Positions 26,780 to 40,500 of a stretch of 64,000 nucleotides of DNA are shown piece after piece (the first letter of the stretch is position 1; every line of letters begins with the position of its first letter). The position numbers were made by a program, and so were the translations under genes. The stretch comes from the human T2T-CHM13v2.0 reference genome, Homo sapiens: assembly GCF_009914755.1 (NCBI RefSeq), contig NC_060939.1, one strand, 5' to 3'. A model generated the notes under the pieces. It made no database searches, was not told the origin of the DNA, and worked only from the letters and a program-made list of their open reading frames with translations.

Positions 26780-29700
26780 TTGATGCCATTCCATTCAATT
26801 CTGTTCTACTCGACTCCAATACATTCAATTCCATTCCATCCGATTCCATTACATTCTTTTCATTTCTTATCCATTTCAAGCCATTCCACTCCATTCCATT
26901 CCACTCGTTTCCTTTCCATTCGAGTCCATTCCTCTCCAGTCCATTCCGTTCAATCCATTCCATTCCAGTCCATTCCATTCGAGTCCGTTCCATTCCAGTC
27001 CATTCCATTCGAGTCAATTCCATTCCATTCGATGTCTTTCCATAACGATCCATTCCATTCTATTCCTTTCGATTCCATTCCATTCTATTTCATTCCATTC
27101 GATTCCCTTCCATTGGACTCCTTTCCATTCGAGTGCATTCCATTCCGTTCCATTTCTTTCCGTTCTGTACGATTCCTACCGTTCGATTTCATTTTGTTCC
27201 AGTCCATTCCTTTCGCGTCCATTCCATTCCATTTCACTCCATTCGATTCCATTCCACTCGATTCCATTTCGTTCCATTTCATTGCATTCCATTCTATTCA
27301 ACTCTATTGCCTTCCATTCCATTCCATTCGATTACATTCCATGCGATTCCATTCGAAATCGAATCAATTACATTGCAATCCATTACTACTGAGTCCGTTT
27401 TATTCCAGTCCACTGCATTCTGGTCCATTCCATTTGATTCCATTCCATTTTATTCCATTCCATACAGTTGCATTCCATTGGATTCCATGCTATATCTATA
27501 AATTCAATTCGAGACCATTGCCTTTGAGTCCATTCTATATGATTCCATTCCATTCAAGTCCATTACATTTGGTTCAATTCCATTCCATTCCATTCCCTTC
27601 CATTCCATTCCAGTTGATATCAATCCATTCGATTCCATTCCATTCGAGCACATTCCATTCGAGTCCATTCCATTCGATGCCATTCCATTTGATTCTATTC
27701 CATTAGTCTCCATTCAATTCCATTAATCTCCATTCCATTCCATTCTACTCCAACTGATTCCATTCCATTCCATTTCATTCCATTCCATTCCATTTCATTC
27801 CATTCCATTCCATTCGCTTCCATTCCATTCGTGTCCATTCCACTCCAGTCCATTCCATTCGTGTCCATTCCATTCCAGTCCATTCCATTTGTGTCCACTG
27901 CATTCCATTCCACTCCATTCCATATTATTCCATTACACTCCATTCCATTCTATTACTTTCATTTCCATTCAATTCCATTCCATTTGATTCCATTCCACTC
28001 GGTTTCATTCCATTTGAGTCCACTCCATTCCATTCCATTCCATTCCATTCAGTTCCATTCCATTCTGTTCCATTCCATTCCGTTCCATTGCATTCCATTC
28101 CATTCGGTACCATTCCATATTGTTCCATTCGATTCCATTCGAATCCATTCCATTCCAGTCCATTCCATTCGATTCCATTCCATTCCTTTCAATTCCATTC
28201 CATTCCATTCCATTCCACTTGATTCCACTCCATTCCCTTCCACTGCATTCCATTCGATTCCATTCCATTGCATTGCATTCCATTCCATTGGACTGCATTC
28301 CATTCGATTCCATTCCATTCGAATCAATTACATAGCAATCCATTACATTCGAGTCTATTCTATTCCGTTCCATTCGATTTCGTTCCAATCCATTCGATTC
28401 CATTCCATTCGATTCCATTCCATACTATTGCATTCCATTCGATTACATTATATTCGAATAAGTTCCATTCAAGACCATTTCTTTTGAGTCCATTCTATTT
28501 GAGTCCATTCCCTTTGATTCCATAACATTTGAGTCCATTCAATTCCATTCCTTTCGTTTCCATTCCATTTGATGCCATTCCATTCAATTCTGTTCTACTC
28601 GACTCCAATACATTCAATTCCATTCCATCCGATTCCATTACATTCTTTTCATTTCTTATCCATTTCAAGCCATTCCACTCCATTCCATTCCACTCGTTTC
28701 CTTTCCATTCGAGTCCATTCCTCTCCAGTCCATTCCGTTCAATCCATTCCATTCCAGTCCATTCCATTCGAGTCCGTTCCATTCCAGTCCAATCCATTCG
28801 AGTCAATTCCATCCCATTCGATGTCTTTCCATAACGATCCATTCCATTCTATTCCTTTCGATTCCATTCCATTCTATTTCATTCCATTCGATTCCCTTCC
28901 ATTGGACTCCTTTCCATTCGAGTGCATTCCATTCCGTTCCATTTCTTTCCGTTCTGTACGATTCCTACCGTTCGATTTCATTTTGTTCCAGTCCATTCCT
29001 TTCGCGTCCATTCCATTCCATTTCACTCCATTCGATTCCATTCCACTCGATTCCACTTCGTTCCATTTCATTGCATTCCATTCTATTCAACTCTATTGCC
29101 TTCCATTCCATTCCATTCGATTACATTCCATGCGATTCCATTCGAAATCGAATCAATTACTTTGCAATCCATTACTATTGAGTCCATTTTATTCCAGTCC
29201 ACTGCATTCTGGTCCATTCCATTTGATTCCATTCCATTCTATTCCATTCCATACAGTTGCATTCCATTGGATTCCATTCTATATCTATAAATTCAATTCG
29301 AGACCATTGCTTTTGAATCCATTCTATATGATTCCATTCCATTCAAGTCCATTACATTTGGTTCAATTCCATTCCATTCCATTCCCTTCCATTCCATTCC
29401 AGTTGATATCAATCCATTCGATTCCATTCCATTCGAGCACATTCCATTCGAGTCCATTCCATTCGATGCCATTCCATTTGATTCTATTCCATTAGTCTCC
29501 ATTCAATTCCATTAATCTCCATTCCATTCCACTCTACTCCAACTGATTCCATTCCATTGTATTCCTTTCCATTCCATTTCATTCCATTCCATTCCATTCC
29601 ATTCCATTCCATTCGCTTCCATTCCATTCGTGTCCATTCCACTCCAGTCCATTCCATTCGTGTCCATTCCATTCCAGTCCATTCCATTTTTGTCCACTGC

Positions 29701-32700
29701 ATTCCATTCCACTCCATTCCATATTATTCCATTACACTCCATTCCATTCTATTACTTTCATTTCCATTCAATTCCGTTCCATTTGATTCCATTCCACTCG
29801 GTTTCATTCCATTTGAGTCCACTCCATTCCATTCCATTCCATTCCATTCAGTTCCATTCCATTCTGTTCCATTCCATTCCGTTCCATTACATTCCATTCC
29901 ATTCGGTACCATTCCATATTGTTCCATTCGATTCCATTCGAATCCATTCCATTCCAGTCCATTCCATTCGATTCCATTCCATTCATTTCAATTCCATTCC
30001 ATTCCATTCCATTCCACTTGATTCCTCTCCATTCCCTTCCACTGCATTCCGTTCGATTCCATTCCATTGCATTGCATTCCATTCCATTGGACTGCATTCC
30101 ATTCGATTCCATTCCATTCGAATCAATTACATAGCAATCCATTACATTCGAGTCTATTCTATTCCGTTCCATTCGATTTCGTTCCAATCCATTCGATTCC
30201 ATTCCATTCGATTCCATTCCATACTATTGCATTCCATTCTATTACGTTATATTCGAATAAGTTCCATTCAAGACCATTTCTTTTGAGTCCATTCTATTTG
30301 AGTCCATTCCCTTTGATTCCATAACATTTGAGTCCATTCAATTCCATTCCTTTCGTTTCCATTCCATTTGATGCCATTCCATTCAATTCTGTTCTACTCG
30401 ACTCCAATACATTCAATTCCATTCCATCCGATTCCATTACATTCTTTTCATTTCTTATCCATTTCAAGCCATTCCACTCCATTCCATTCCACTCGTTTCC
30501 TTTCCATTCGAGTCCATTCCTCTCCAGTCCATTCCGTTCAATCCATTCCATTCCAGTCCATTCCATTCGAGTCCGTTCCATTCCAGTCCATTCCATTCGA
30601 GTCAATTCCATTCCATTCGATGTCTTTCCATAACGATCCATTCCATTCTATTCCTTTCGATTCCATTCCATTCTATTTCATTCCATTCGATTCCCTTCCA
30701 TTGGACTCCTTTCCATTCGAGTGCATTCCATTCCGTTCCATTTCTTTCCGTTCTGTACGATTCCTACCGTTCGATTTCATTTTGTTCCAGTCCATTCCTT
30801 TCGCGTCCATTCCATTCCATTTCACTCCATTCGATTCCATTCCACTCGATTCCACTTCGTTCCATTTCATTGCATTCCATTCTATTCAACTCTATTGCCT
30901 TCCATTCCATTCCATTCGATTACATTCCATGCGATTCCATTCGAAATCGAATCAATTACTTTGCAATCCATTACTATTGAGTCCATTTTATTCCAGTCCA
31001 CTGCATTCTGGTCCATTCCATTTGATTCCATTCCATTCTATTCCATTCCATACAGTTGCATTCCATTGGATTCCATTCTATATCTATAAATTCAATTCGA
31101 GACCATTGCTTTTGAATCCATTCTATATGATTCCATTCCATTCAAGTCCATTACATTTGGTTCAATTCCATTCCATTCCATTCCCTTCCATTCCATTCCA
31201 GTTGATATCAATCCATTCGATTCCATTCCATTCGAGCACATTCCATTCGAGTCCATTCCATTCGATGCCATTCCATTTGATTCTATTCCATTAGTCTCCA
31301 TTCAATTCCATTAATCTCCATTCCATTCCACTCTACTCCAACTGATTCCATTCCATTGTATTCCTTTCCATTCCATTTCATTCCATTCCATTCCATTCCA
31401 TTCCATTCCATTCGCTTCCATTCCATTCGTGTCCATTCCACTCCAGTCCATTCCATTCGTGTCCATTCCATTCCAGTCCATTCCATTTTTGTCCACTGCA
31501 TTCCATTCCACTCCATTCCATATTATTCCATTACACTCCATTCCATTCTATTACTTTCATTTCCATTCAATTCCGTTCCATTTGATTCCATTCCACTCGG
31601 TTTCATTCCATTTGAGTCCACTCCATTCCATTCCATTCCATTCCATTCAGTTCCATTCCATTCTGTTCCATTCCATTCCGTTCCATTACATTCCATTCCA
31701 TTCGGTACCATTCCATATTGTTCCATTCGATTCCATTCGAATCCATTCCATTCCAGTCCATTCCATTCGATTCCATTCCATTCATTTCAATTCCATTCCA
31801 TTCCATTCCATTCCACTTGATTCCTCTCCATTCCCTTCCACTGCATTCCGTTCGATTCCATTCCATTGCATTGCATTCCATTCCATTGGACTGCATTCCA
31901 TTCGATTCCATTCCATTCGAATCAATTACATAGCAATCCATTACATTCGAGTCTATTCTATTCCGTTCCATTCGATTTCGTTCCAATCCATTCGATTCCA
32001 TTCCATTCGATTCCATTCCATACTATTGCATTCCATTCTATTATGTTATATTCGAATAAGTTCCATTCAAGACCATTTCTTTTGAGTCCATTCTATTTGA
32101 GTCCATTCCCTTTGATTCCATAACATTTGAGTCCATTCAATTCCATTCCTTTCGTTTCCATTCCATTTGATGCCATTCCATTCAATTCTGTTCTACTCGA
32201 CTCCAATACATTCAATTCCATTCCATCCGATTCCATTACATTCTTTTCATTTCTTATCCATTTCAAGCCATTCCACTCCATTCCATTCCACTCGTTTCCT
32301 TTCCATTCGAGTCCATTCCTCTCCAGTCCATTCCGTTCAATCCATTCCATTCCAGTCCATTCCATTCGAGTCCGTTCCATTCCAGTCCATTCCATTCGAG
32401 TCAATTCCATTCCATTCGATGTCTTTCCATAACGATCCATTCCATTCTATTCCTTTCGATTCCATTCCATTCTATTTCATTCCATTCGATTCCCTTCCAT
32501 TGGACTCCTTTCCATTCGAGTGCATTCCATTCCGTTCCATTTCTTTCCGTTCTGTACGATTCCTACCGTTCGATTTCATTTTGTTCCAGTCCATTCCTTT
32601 CGCGTCCATTCCATTCCATTTCACTCCATTCGATTCCATTCCACTCGATTCCACTTCGTTCCATTTCATTGCATTCCATTCTATTCAACTCTATTGCCTT

Positions 32701-35700
32701 CCATTCCATTCCATTCGATTACATTCCATGCGATTCCATTCGAAATCGAATCAATTACATTGCAATCCATTACTACTGAGTCCGTTTTATTCCAGTCCAC
32801 TGCATTCTGGTCCATTCCATTTGATTCCATTCCATTTTATTCCATTCCATACAGTTGCATTCCATTGGATTCCATGCTATATCTATAAATTCAATTCGAG
32901 ACCATTGCCTTTGAGTCCATTCTATATGATTCCATTCCATTCAAGTCCATTACATTTGGTTCAATTCCATTCCATTCCATTCCCTTCCATTCCATTCCAG
33001 TTGATATCAATCCATTCGATTCCATTCCATTCGAGCACATTCCATTCGAGTCCATTCCATTCGATGCCATTCCATTTGATTCTATTCCATTAGTCTCCAT
33101 TCAATTCCATTAATCTCCACTCCATTCCATTCTACTCCAACTGATTCCATTCCATTCCATTTCATTCCATTCCATTCCATTTCATTCCATTCCATTCCAT
33201 TCGCTTCCATTCCATTCGTGTCCATTCCACTCCAGTCCATTCCATTCGTGTCCATTCCATTCCAGTCCATTCCATTTGTGTCCACTGCATTCCATTCCAC
33301 TCCATTCCATATTATTCCATTACACTCCATTCCATTCTATTACTTTCATTTCCATTCAATTCCATTCCATTTGATTCCATTCCACTCGGTTTCATTCCAT
33401 TTGAGTCCACTCCATTCCATTCCATTCCATTCCATTCAGTTCCATTCCATTCTGTTCCATTCCATTCCGTTCCATTGCATTCCATTCCATTCGGTACCAT
33501 TCCATATTGTTCCATTCGATTCCATTCGAATCCATTCCATTCCAGTCCATTCCATTCGATTCCATTCCATTCCTTTCAATTCCATTCCATTCCATTCCAT
33601 TCCACTTGATTCCACTCCATTCCCTTCCACTGCATTCCATTCGATTCCATTCCATTGCATTGCATTCCATTCCATTGGACTGCATTCCATTCGATTCCAT
33701 TCCATTCGAATCAATTACATAGCAATCCATTACATTCGAGTCTATTCTATTCCGTTCCATTCGATTTCGTTCCAATCCATTCGATTCCATTCCATTCGAT
33801 TCCATTCCATACTATTGCATTCCATTCGATTACATTATATTCGAATAAGTTCCATTCAAGACCATTTCTTTTGAGTCCATTCTATTTGAGTCCATTCCCT
33901 TTGATTCCATAACATTTGAGTCCATTCAATTCCATTCCTTTCGTTTCCATTCCATTTGATGCCATTCCATTCAATTCTGTTATACTCGACTCCAATACAT
34001 TCAATTCCATTCCATCCGATTCCATTACATTCTTTTCATTTCTTATCCATTTCAAGCCATTCCACTCCATTCCATTCCACTCGTTTCCTTTCCATTCGAG
34101 TCCATTCCTCTCCAGTCCATTCCGTTCAATCCATTCCATTCCAGTCCATTCCATTCGAGTCCGTTCCATTCCAGTCCAATCCATTCGAGTCAATTCCATC
34201 CCATTCGATGTCTTTCCATAACGATCCATTCCATTCTATTCCTTTCGATTCCATTCCATTCTATTTCATTCCATTCGATTCCCTTCCATTGGACTCCTTT
34301 CCATTCGAGTGCATTCCATTCCGTTCCATTTCTTTCCGTTCTGTACGATTCCTACCGTTCGATTTCATTTTGTTCCAGTCCATTCCTTTCGCGTCCATTC
34401 CATTCCATTTCACTCCATTCGATTCCATTCCACTCGATTCCACTTCGTTCCATTTCATTGCATTCCATTCTATTCAACTCTATTGCCTTCCATTCCATTC
34501 CATTCGATTACATTCCATTCGATTCCATTCGAAATCGAATCAATTACTTTGCAATCCATTACTATTGAGTCCATTTTATTCCAGTCCACTGCATTCTGGT
34601 CCATTCCATTTGATTCCATTCCATTCTATTCCATTCCATACAGTTGCATTCCATTGGATTCCATTCTATATCTATAAATTCAATTCGAGACCATTGCTTT
34701 TGAATCCATTCTATATGATTCCATTCCATTCAAGTCCATTACATTTGGTTCAATTCCATTCCATTCCATTCCCTTCCATTCCATTCCAGTTGATATCAAT
34801 CCATTCGATTCCATTCCATTCGAGCACATTCCATTCGAGTCCATTCCATTCGATGCCATTCCATTTGATTCTATTCCATTAGTCTCCATTCAATTCCATT
34901 AATCTCCATTCCATTCCACTCTACTCCAACTGATTCCATTCCATTGTATTCCTTTCCATTCCATTTCATTCCATTCCATTCCATTCCATTCCATTCCATT
35001 CGCTTCCATTCCATTCGTGTCCATTCCACTCCAGTCCATTCCATTCGTGTCCATTCCATTCCAGTCCATTCCATTTGTGTCCACTGCATTCCATTCCACT
35101 CCATTCCATATTATTCCATTACACTCCATTCCATTCTATTACTTTCATTTCCATTCAATTCCGTTCCATTTGATTCCATTCCACTCGGTTTCATTCCATT
35201 TGAGTCCACTCCATTCCATTCCATTCCATTCCATTCAGTTCCATTCCATTCTGTTCCATTCCATTCCATTCCATTACATTCCATTCCATTCGGTACCATT
35301 CCATATTGTTCCATTCGATTCCATTCGAATCCATTCCATTCCAGTCCATTCCATTCGATTCCATTCCATTCATTTCAATTCCATTCCATTCCATTCCATT
35401 CCACTTGATTCCTCTCCATTCCCTTCCACTGCATTCCGTTCGATTCCATTCCATTGCATTGCATTCCATTCCATTGGACTGCATTCCATTCGATTCCATT
35501 CCATTCGAATCAATTACATAGCAATCCATTACATTCGAGTCTATTCTATTCCGTTCCATTCGATTTCGTTCCAATCCATTCGATTCCATTCCATTCGATT
35601 CCATTCCATACTATTGCATTCCATTCTATTACGTTATATTCGAATAAGTTCCATTCAAGACCATTTCTTTTGAGTCCATTCTATTTGAGTCCATTCCCTT

Positions 35701-37543
35701 TGATTCCATAACATTTGAGTCCATTCAATTCCATTCCTTTCGTTTGCATTCCATTTGATGCCATTCCATTCAATTCTGTTCTACTCGACTCCAATACATT
35801 CAATTCCATTCCATCCGATTCCATTACATTCTTTTCATTTCCTATCCATTTCAAGCCATTCCACTCCATTCCATTCCACTCGTTTCCTTTCCATTCGAGT
35901 CCATTCCTCTCCAGTCCATTCCGTTCAATCCATTCCATTCCAGTCCATTCCATTCGAGTCCGTTCCATTCCAGTCCATTCCATTCGAGTCAATTCCATTC
36001 CATTCGATGTCTTTCCATAACGATCCATTCCATTCTATTCCTTTCGATTCCATTCCATTCTATTTCATTCCATTCGATTCCCTTCCATTGGACTCCTTTC
36101 CATTCGAGTGCATTCCATTCCGTTCCATTTCTTTCCGTTCTGTACGATTCCTACCGTTCGATTTCATTTTGTTCCAGTCCATTCCTTTCGCGTCCATTCC
36201 ATTCCATTTCAATCCATTCGATTCCATTCCACTCGATTCCACTTCGTTCCATTTCATTGCATTCCATTCTATTCAACTCTATTGCCTTCCATTCCATTCC
36301 ATTCGATTACATTCCATGCGATTCCATTCGAAATCGAATCAATTACATTGCAATCCATTACTACTGAGTCCGTTTTATTCCAGTCCACTGCATTCTGGTC
36401 CATTCCATTTGATTCCATTCCATTTTATTCCATTCCATACAGTTGCATTCCATTGGATTCCATGCTATATCTATAAATTCAATTCGAGACCATTGCCTTT
36501 GAGTCCATTCTATATGATTCCATTCCATTCAAGTCCATTACATTTGGTTCAATTCCATTCCATTCCATTCCCTTCCATTCCATTCCAGTTGATATCAATC
36601 CATTCGATTCCATTCCATTCGAGCACATTCCATTCGAGTCCATTCCATTTGATGCCATTCCATTTGATTCTATTCCATTAGTCTCCATTCAATTCCATTA
36701 ATCTCCATTCCATTCCATTCTACTCCAACTGATTCCATTCCATTCCATTTCATTCCATTCCATTCCATTTCATTCCATTCCATTCCATTCGCTTCCATTC
36801 CATTCGTGTCCATTCCACTCCAGTCCATTCCATTCGTATCCATTCCATTCCAGTCCATTCCATTTGTGTCCAGTGCATTCCATTCCACTCCATTCCATAT
36901 TATTCCATTACACTCCATTCCATTCTATTACTTTCATTTCCATTCAATTCCATTCCATTTGATTCCATTCCACTCGGTTTCATTCCATTTGAGTCCACTC
37001 CATTCCATTTCATTCCATTCCATTCAGTTCCATTCCATTCTGTTCCATTCCATTCCGTTCCATTGCATTCCATTCCATTCGGTACCATTCCATATTGTTC
37101 CATTCGATTCCATTCGAATCCATTCCATTCCAGTCCATTCCATTCGATTCCATTCCATTCCTTTCAATTCCATTCCATTCCATTCCATTCCACTTGATTC
37201 CACTCCATTCCCTTCCACTGCATTCCATTCGATTCCATTCCATTACATTGCATTCCATTCCATTGGACTGCATTCCATTCGATTCCATTCCATTCGAATC
37301 AATTACATAGCAATCCATTACATTCGAGTCTATTCTATTCCGTTCCATTCGATTTCGTTCCAATCCATTCGATTCCATTCCATTCGATTCCATTCCATAC
37401 TATTGCATTCCATTCGATTACATTATATTCGAATAAGTTCCATTCAAGACCATTTCTTTAGAGTCCATTCTATTTGAGTCCATTCCCTTTGATTCCATAA
37501 CATTTGAGTCCATTCAATTCCATTCCTTTCGTTTCCATTCCAT
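26780..37543. repeat. 1789+1799 bp (3588 bp) dimer block, with one extra monomer-length duplication
   Basis: P units (26780, 32167, 35755; 1789 bp) carry ACTACTGAG and ATTGCCTTTGAG. Q units (28569, 30368, 33956; 1799 bp) carry AATTACTTTGC and CCATTGTATTCC. The order is P Q Q P Q P. Confidence 0.85.
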
Positions 37544-40500
37544 TTGATGCCATTCCATTCAATTCTGTTCTACTCGACTCCAATACATTCAATTCCATTC
37601 CATCCGATTCCATTACATTCTTTTCATTTCTTATCCATTTCAAGCCATTCCACTCCATTCCATTCCACTCGTTTCCTTTCCATTCGAGTCCATTCCTCTC
37701 CAGTCCATTCCGTTCAATCCATTCCATTCCAGTCCATTCCATTCGAGTCCGTTCCATTCCAGTCCAATCCATTCGAGTCAATTCCATCCCATTCGATGTC
37801 TTTCCATAACGATCCATTCCATTCTATTCCTTTCGATTCCATTCCATTCTATTTCATTCCATTCGATTCCCTTCCATTGGACTCCTTTCCATTCGAGTGC
37901 ATTCCATTCCGTTCCATTTCTTTCCGTTCTGTACGATTCCTACCGTTCGATTTCATTTTGTTCCAGTCCATTCCTTTCGCGTCCATTCCATTCCATTTCA
38001 CTCCATTCGATTCCATTCCACTCGATTCCACTTCGTTCCATTTCATTGCATTCCATTCTATTCAACTCTATTGCCTTCCATTCCATTCCATTCGATTACA
38101 TTCCATGCGATTCCATTCGAAATCGAATCAATTACATTGCAATCCATTACTATTGAGTCCATTTTATTCCAGTCCACTGCATTCTGGTCCATTCCATTTG
38201 ATTCCATTCCATTCTATTCCATTCCATACAGTTGCATTCCATTGGATTCCATTCTATATCTATAAATTCAATTCGAGACCATTGCTTTTGAATCCATTCT
38301 ATATGATTCCATTCCATTCAAGTCCATTACATTTGGTTCAATTCCATTCCATTCCATTCCCTTCCATTCCATTCCAGTTGATATCAATCCATTCGATTCC
38401 ATTCCATTCGAGCACATTCCATTCGAGTCCATTCCATTCGATGCCATTCCATTTGATTCTATTCCATTAGTCTCCATTCAATTCCATTAATCTCCATTCC
38501 ATTCCACTCTACTCCAACTGATTCCATTCCATTCTATTCCTTTCCATTCCATTTCATTCCATTCCATTCCATTCCATTCCATTCCATTCGCTTCCATTCC
38601 ATTCGTGTCCATTCCACTCCAGTCCATTCCATTCGTGTCCATTCCATTCCAGTCCATTCCATTTGTGTCCACTGCATTCCATTCCACTCCATTCCATATT
38701 ATTCCATTACACTCCATTCCATTCTATTACTTTCATTTCCATTCAATTCCGTTCCATTTGATTCCATTCCACTCGGTTTCGTTCCATTTGAGTCCACTCC
38801 ATTCCATTCCATTCCATTCCATTCAGTTCCATTCCATTCTGTTCCATTCCATTCCGTTCCATTGCATTCCATTCCATTCGGTACCATTCCATATTGTTCC
38901 ATTCGATTCCATTCGAATCCATTCCATTCCAGTCCATTCCATTCGATTCCATTCCATTCCTTTCAATTCCATTCCATTCCATTCCATTCCACTTGATTCC
39001 ACTCCATTCCCTTCCACTGCATTCCATTCGATTCCATTCCATTGCATTGCATTCCATTCCATTGGACTGCATTCCATTCGATTCCATTCCATTCGAATCA
39101 ATTACATAGCAATCCATTACATTCGGGTCTATTCTATTCCGTTCCATTTGATTTCATTCCAATCCATTCGATTCCATTCCATACTATTGCATTCCATTCT
39201 ACTACATTATATTCCAATAAGTTCCATTCAAGACCATTTCTTTTGAGTCCATTCTATTTGAGTCCATTCTATTTGAATGCATTCCCTTTGATTCCATAAC
39301 ATTTGAGTCCATTCAATTCCATTCCTTTCGTTTCCATTCCATTTGATGCCATTCCATTCAATTCTGTTCTACTCGACTCCAATACATTCAATTCCATTCC
39401 ATCCGATTCCATTACATTCTTTTCATTTCTTATCCATTTCAAGCCATTCCACTCCATTCCATTCCACTCGTTTCCTTTCCATTCGAGTCCATTCCTCTCC
39501 AGTCCATTCCGTTCAATCCATTCCATTCCAGTCCATTCCATTCGAGTCCGTTCCATTCCAGTCCATTCCATTCGAGTCAATTCCATTCCATTCGATGTCT
39601 TTCCATAACGATCCATTCCATTCTATTCCTTTCGATTCCATTCCATTCTATTTCATTCCATTCGATTCCCTTCCATTGGACTCCTTTCCATTCGAGTGCA
39701 TTCGATTCCGTTCCATTTCTTTCCGTTCTGTACGATTCCTACCGTTCGATTTCATTTTGTTCCAGTCCATTCCTTTCGCGTCCATTCCATTCCATTTCAC
39801 TCCATTCGATTCCATTCCACTCGATTCCACTTCGTTCCATTTCATTGCATTCCATTCTATTCAACTCTATTGCCTTCCATTCCATTCCATTCGATTACAT
39901 TCCATGCGATTCCATTCGAAATCGAATCAATTACATTGCAATCCATTACTATTGAGTCCGTTTTATTCCAGTCCACTGCATTCTGGTCCATTCCATTTGA
40001 TTCCATTCCATTTTATTCCATTCCATACAGTTGCATTCCATTGGATTCCATGCTATATCTATAAATTCAATTCGAGACCATTGCTTTTGAGTCCATTCTA
40101 TATGATTCCATTCCATTCAAGTCCATTACATTTGGTTCAATTCCATTCCATTCCATTCCCTTCCATTCCATTCCAGTTGATATCAATCCATTCGATTCCA
40201 TTCCATTCGAGCACATTCCATTCGAGTCCATTCCATTCGATGCCATTCCATTTGATTCTATTCCATTAGTCTCCATTCAATTCCATTAATCTCCATTCCA
40301 TTCCATTCTACTCCAACTGATTCCATTCCATTCTATTCCTTTCCATTCCATTTCATTCCATTCCATTCCATTTCATTCCATTCCATTCCATTCGCTTCCA
40401 TTCCATTCGTGTCCATTCCACTCCAGTCCATTCCATTCGTGTCCATTCCATTCCAGTCCATTCCATTTGTGTCCACTGCATTCCATTCCACTCCATTCCA

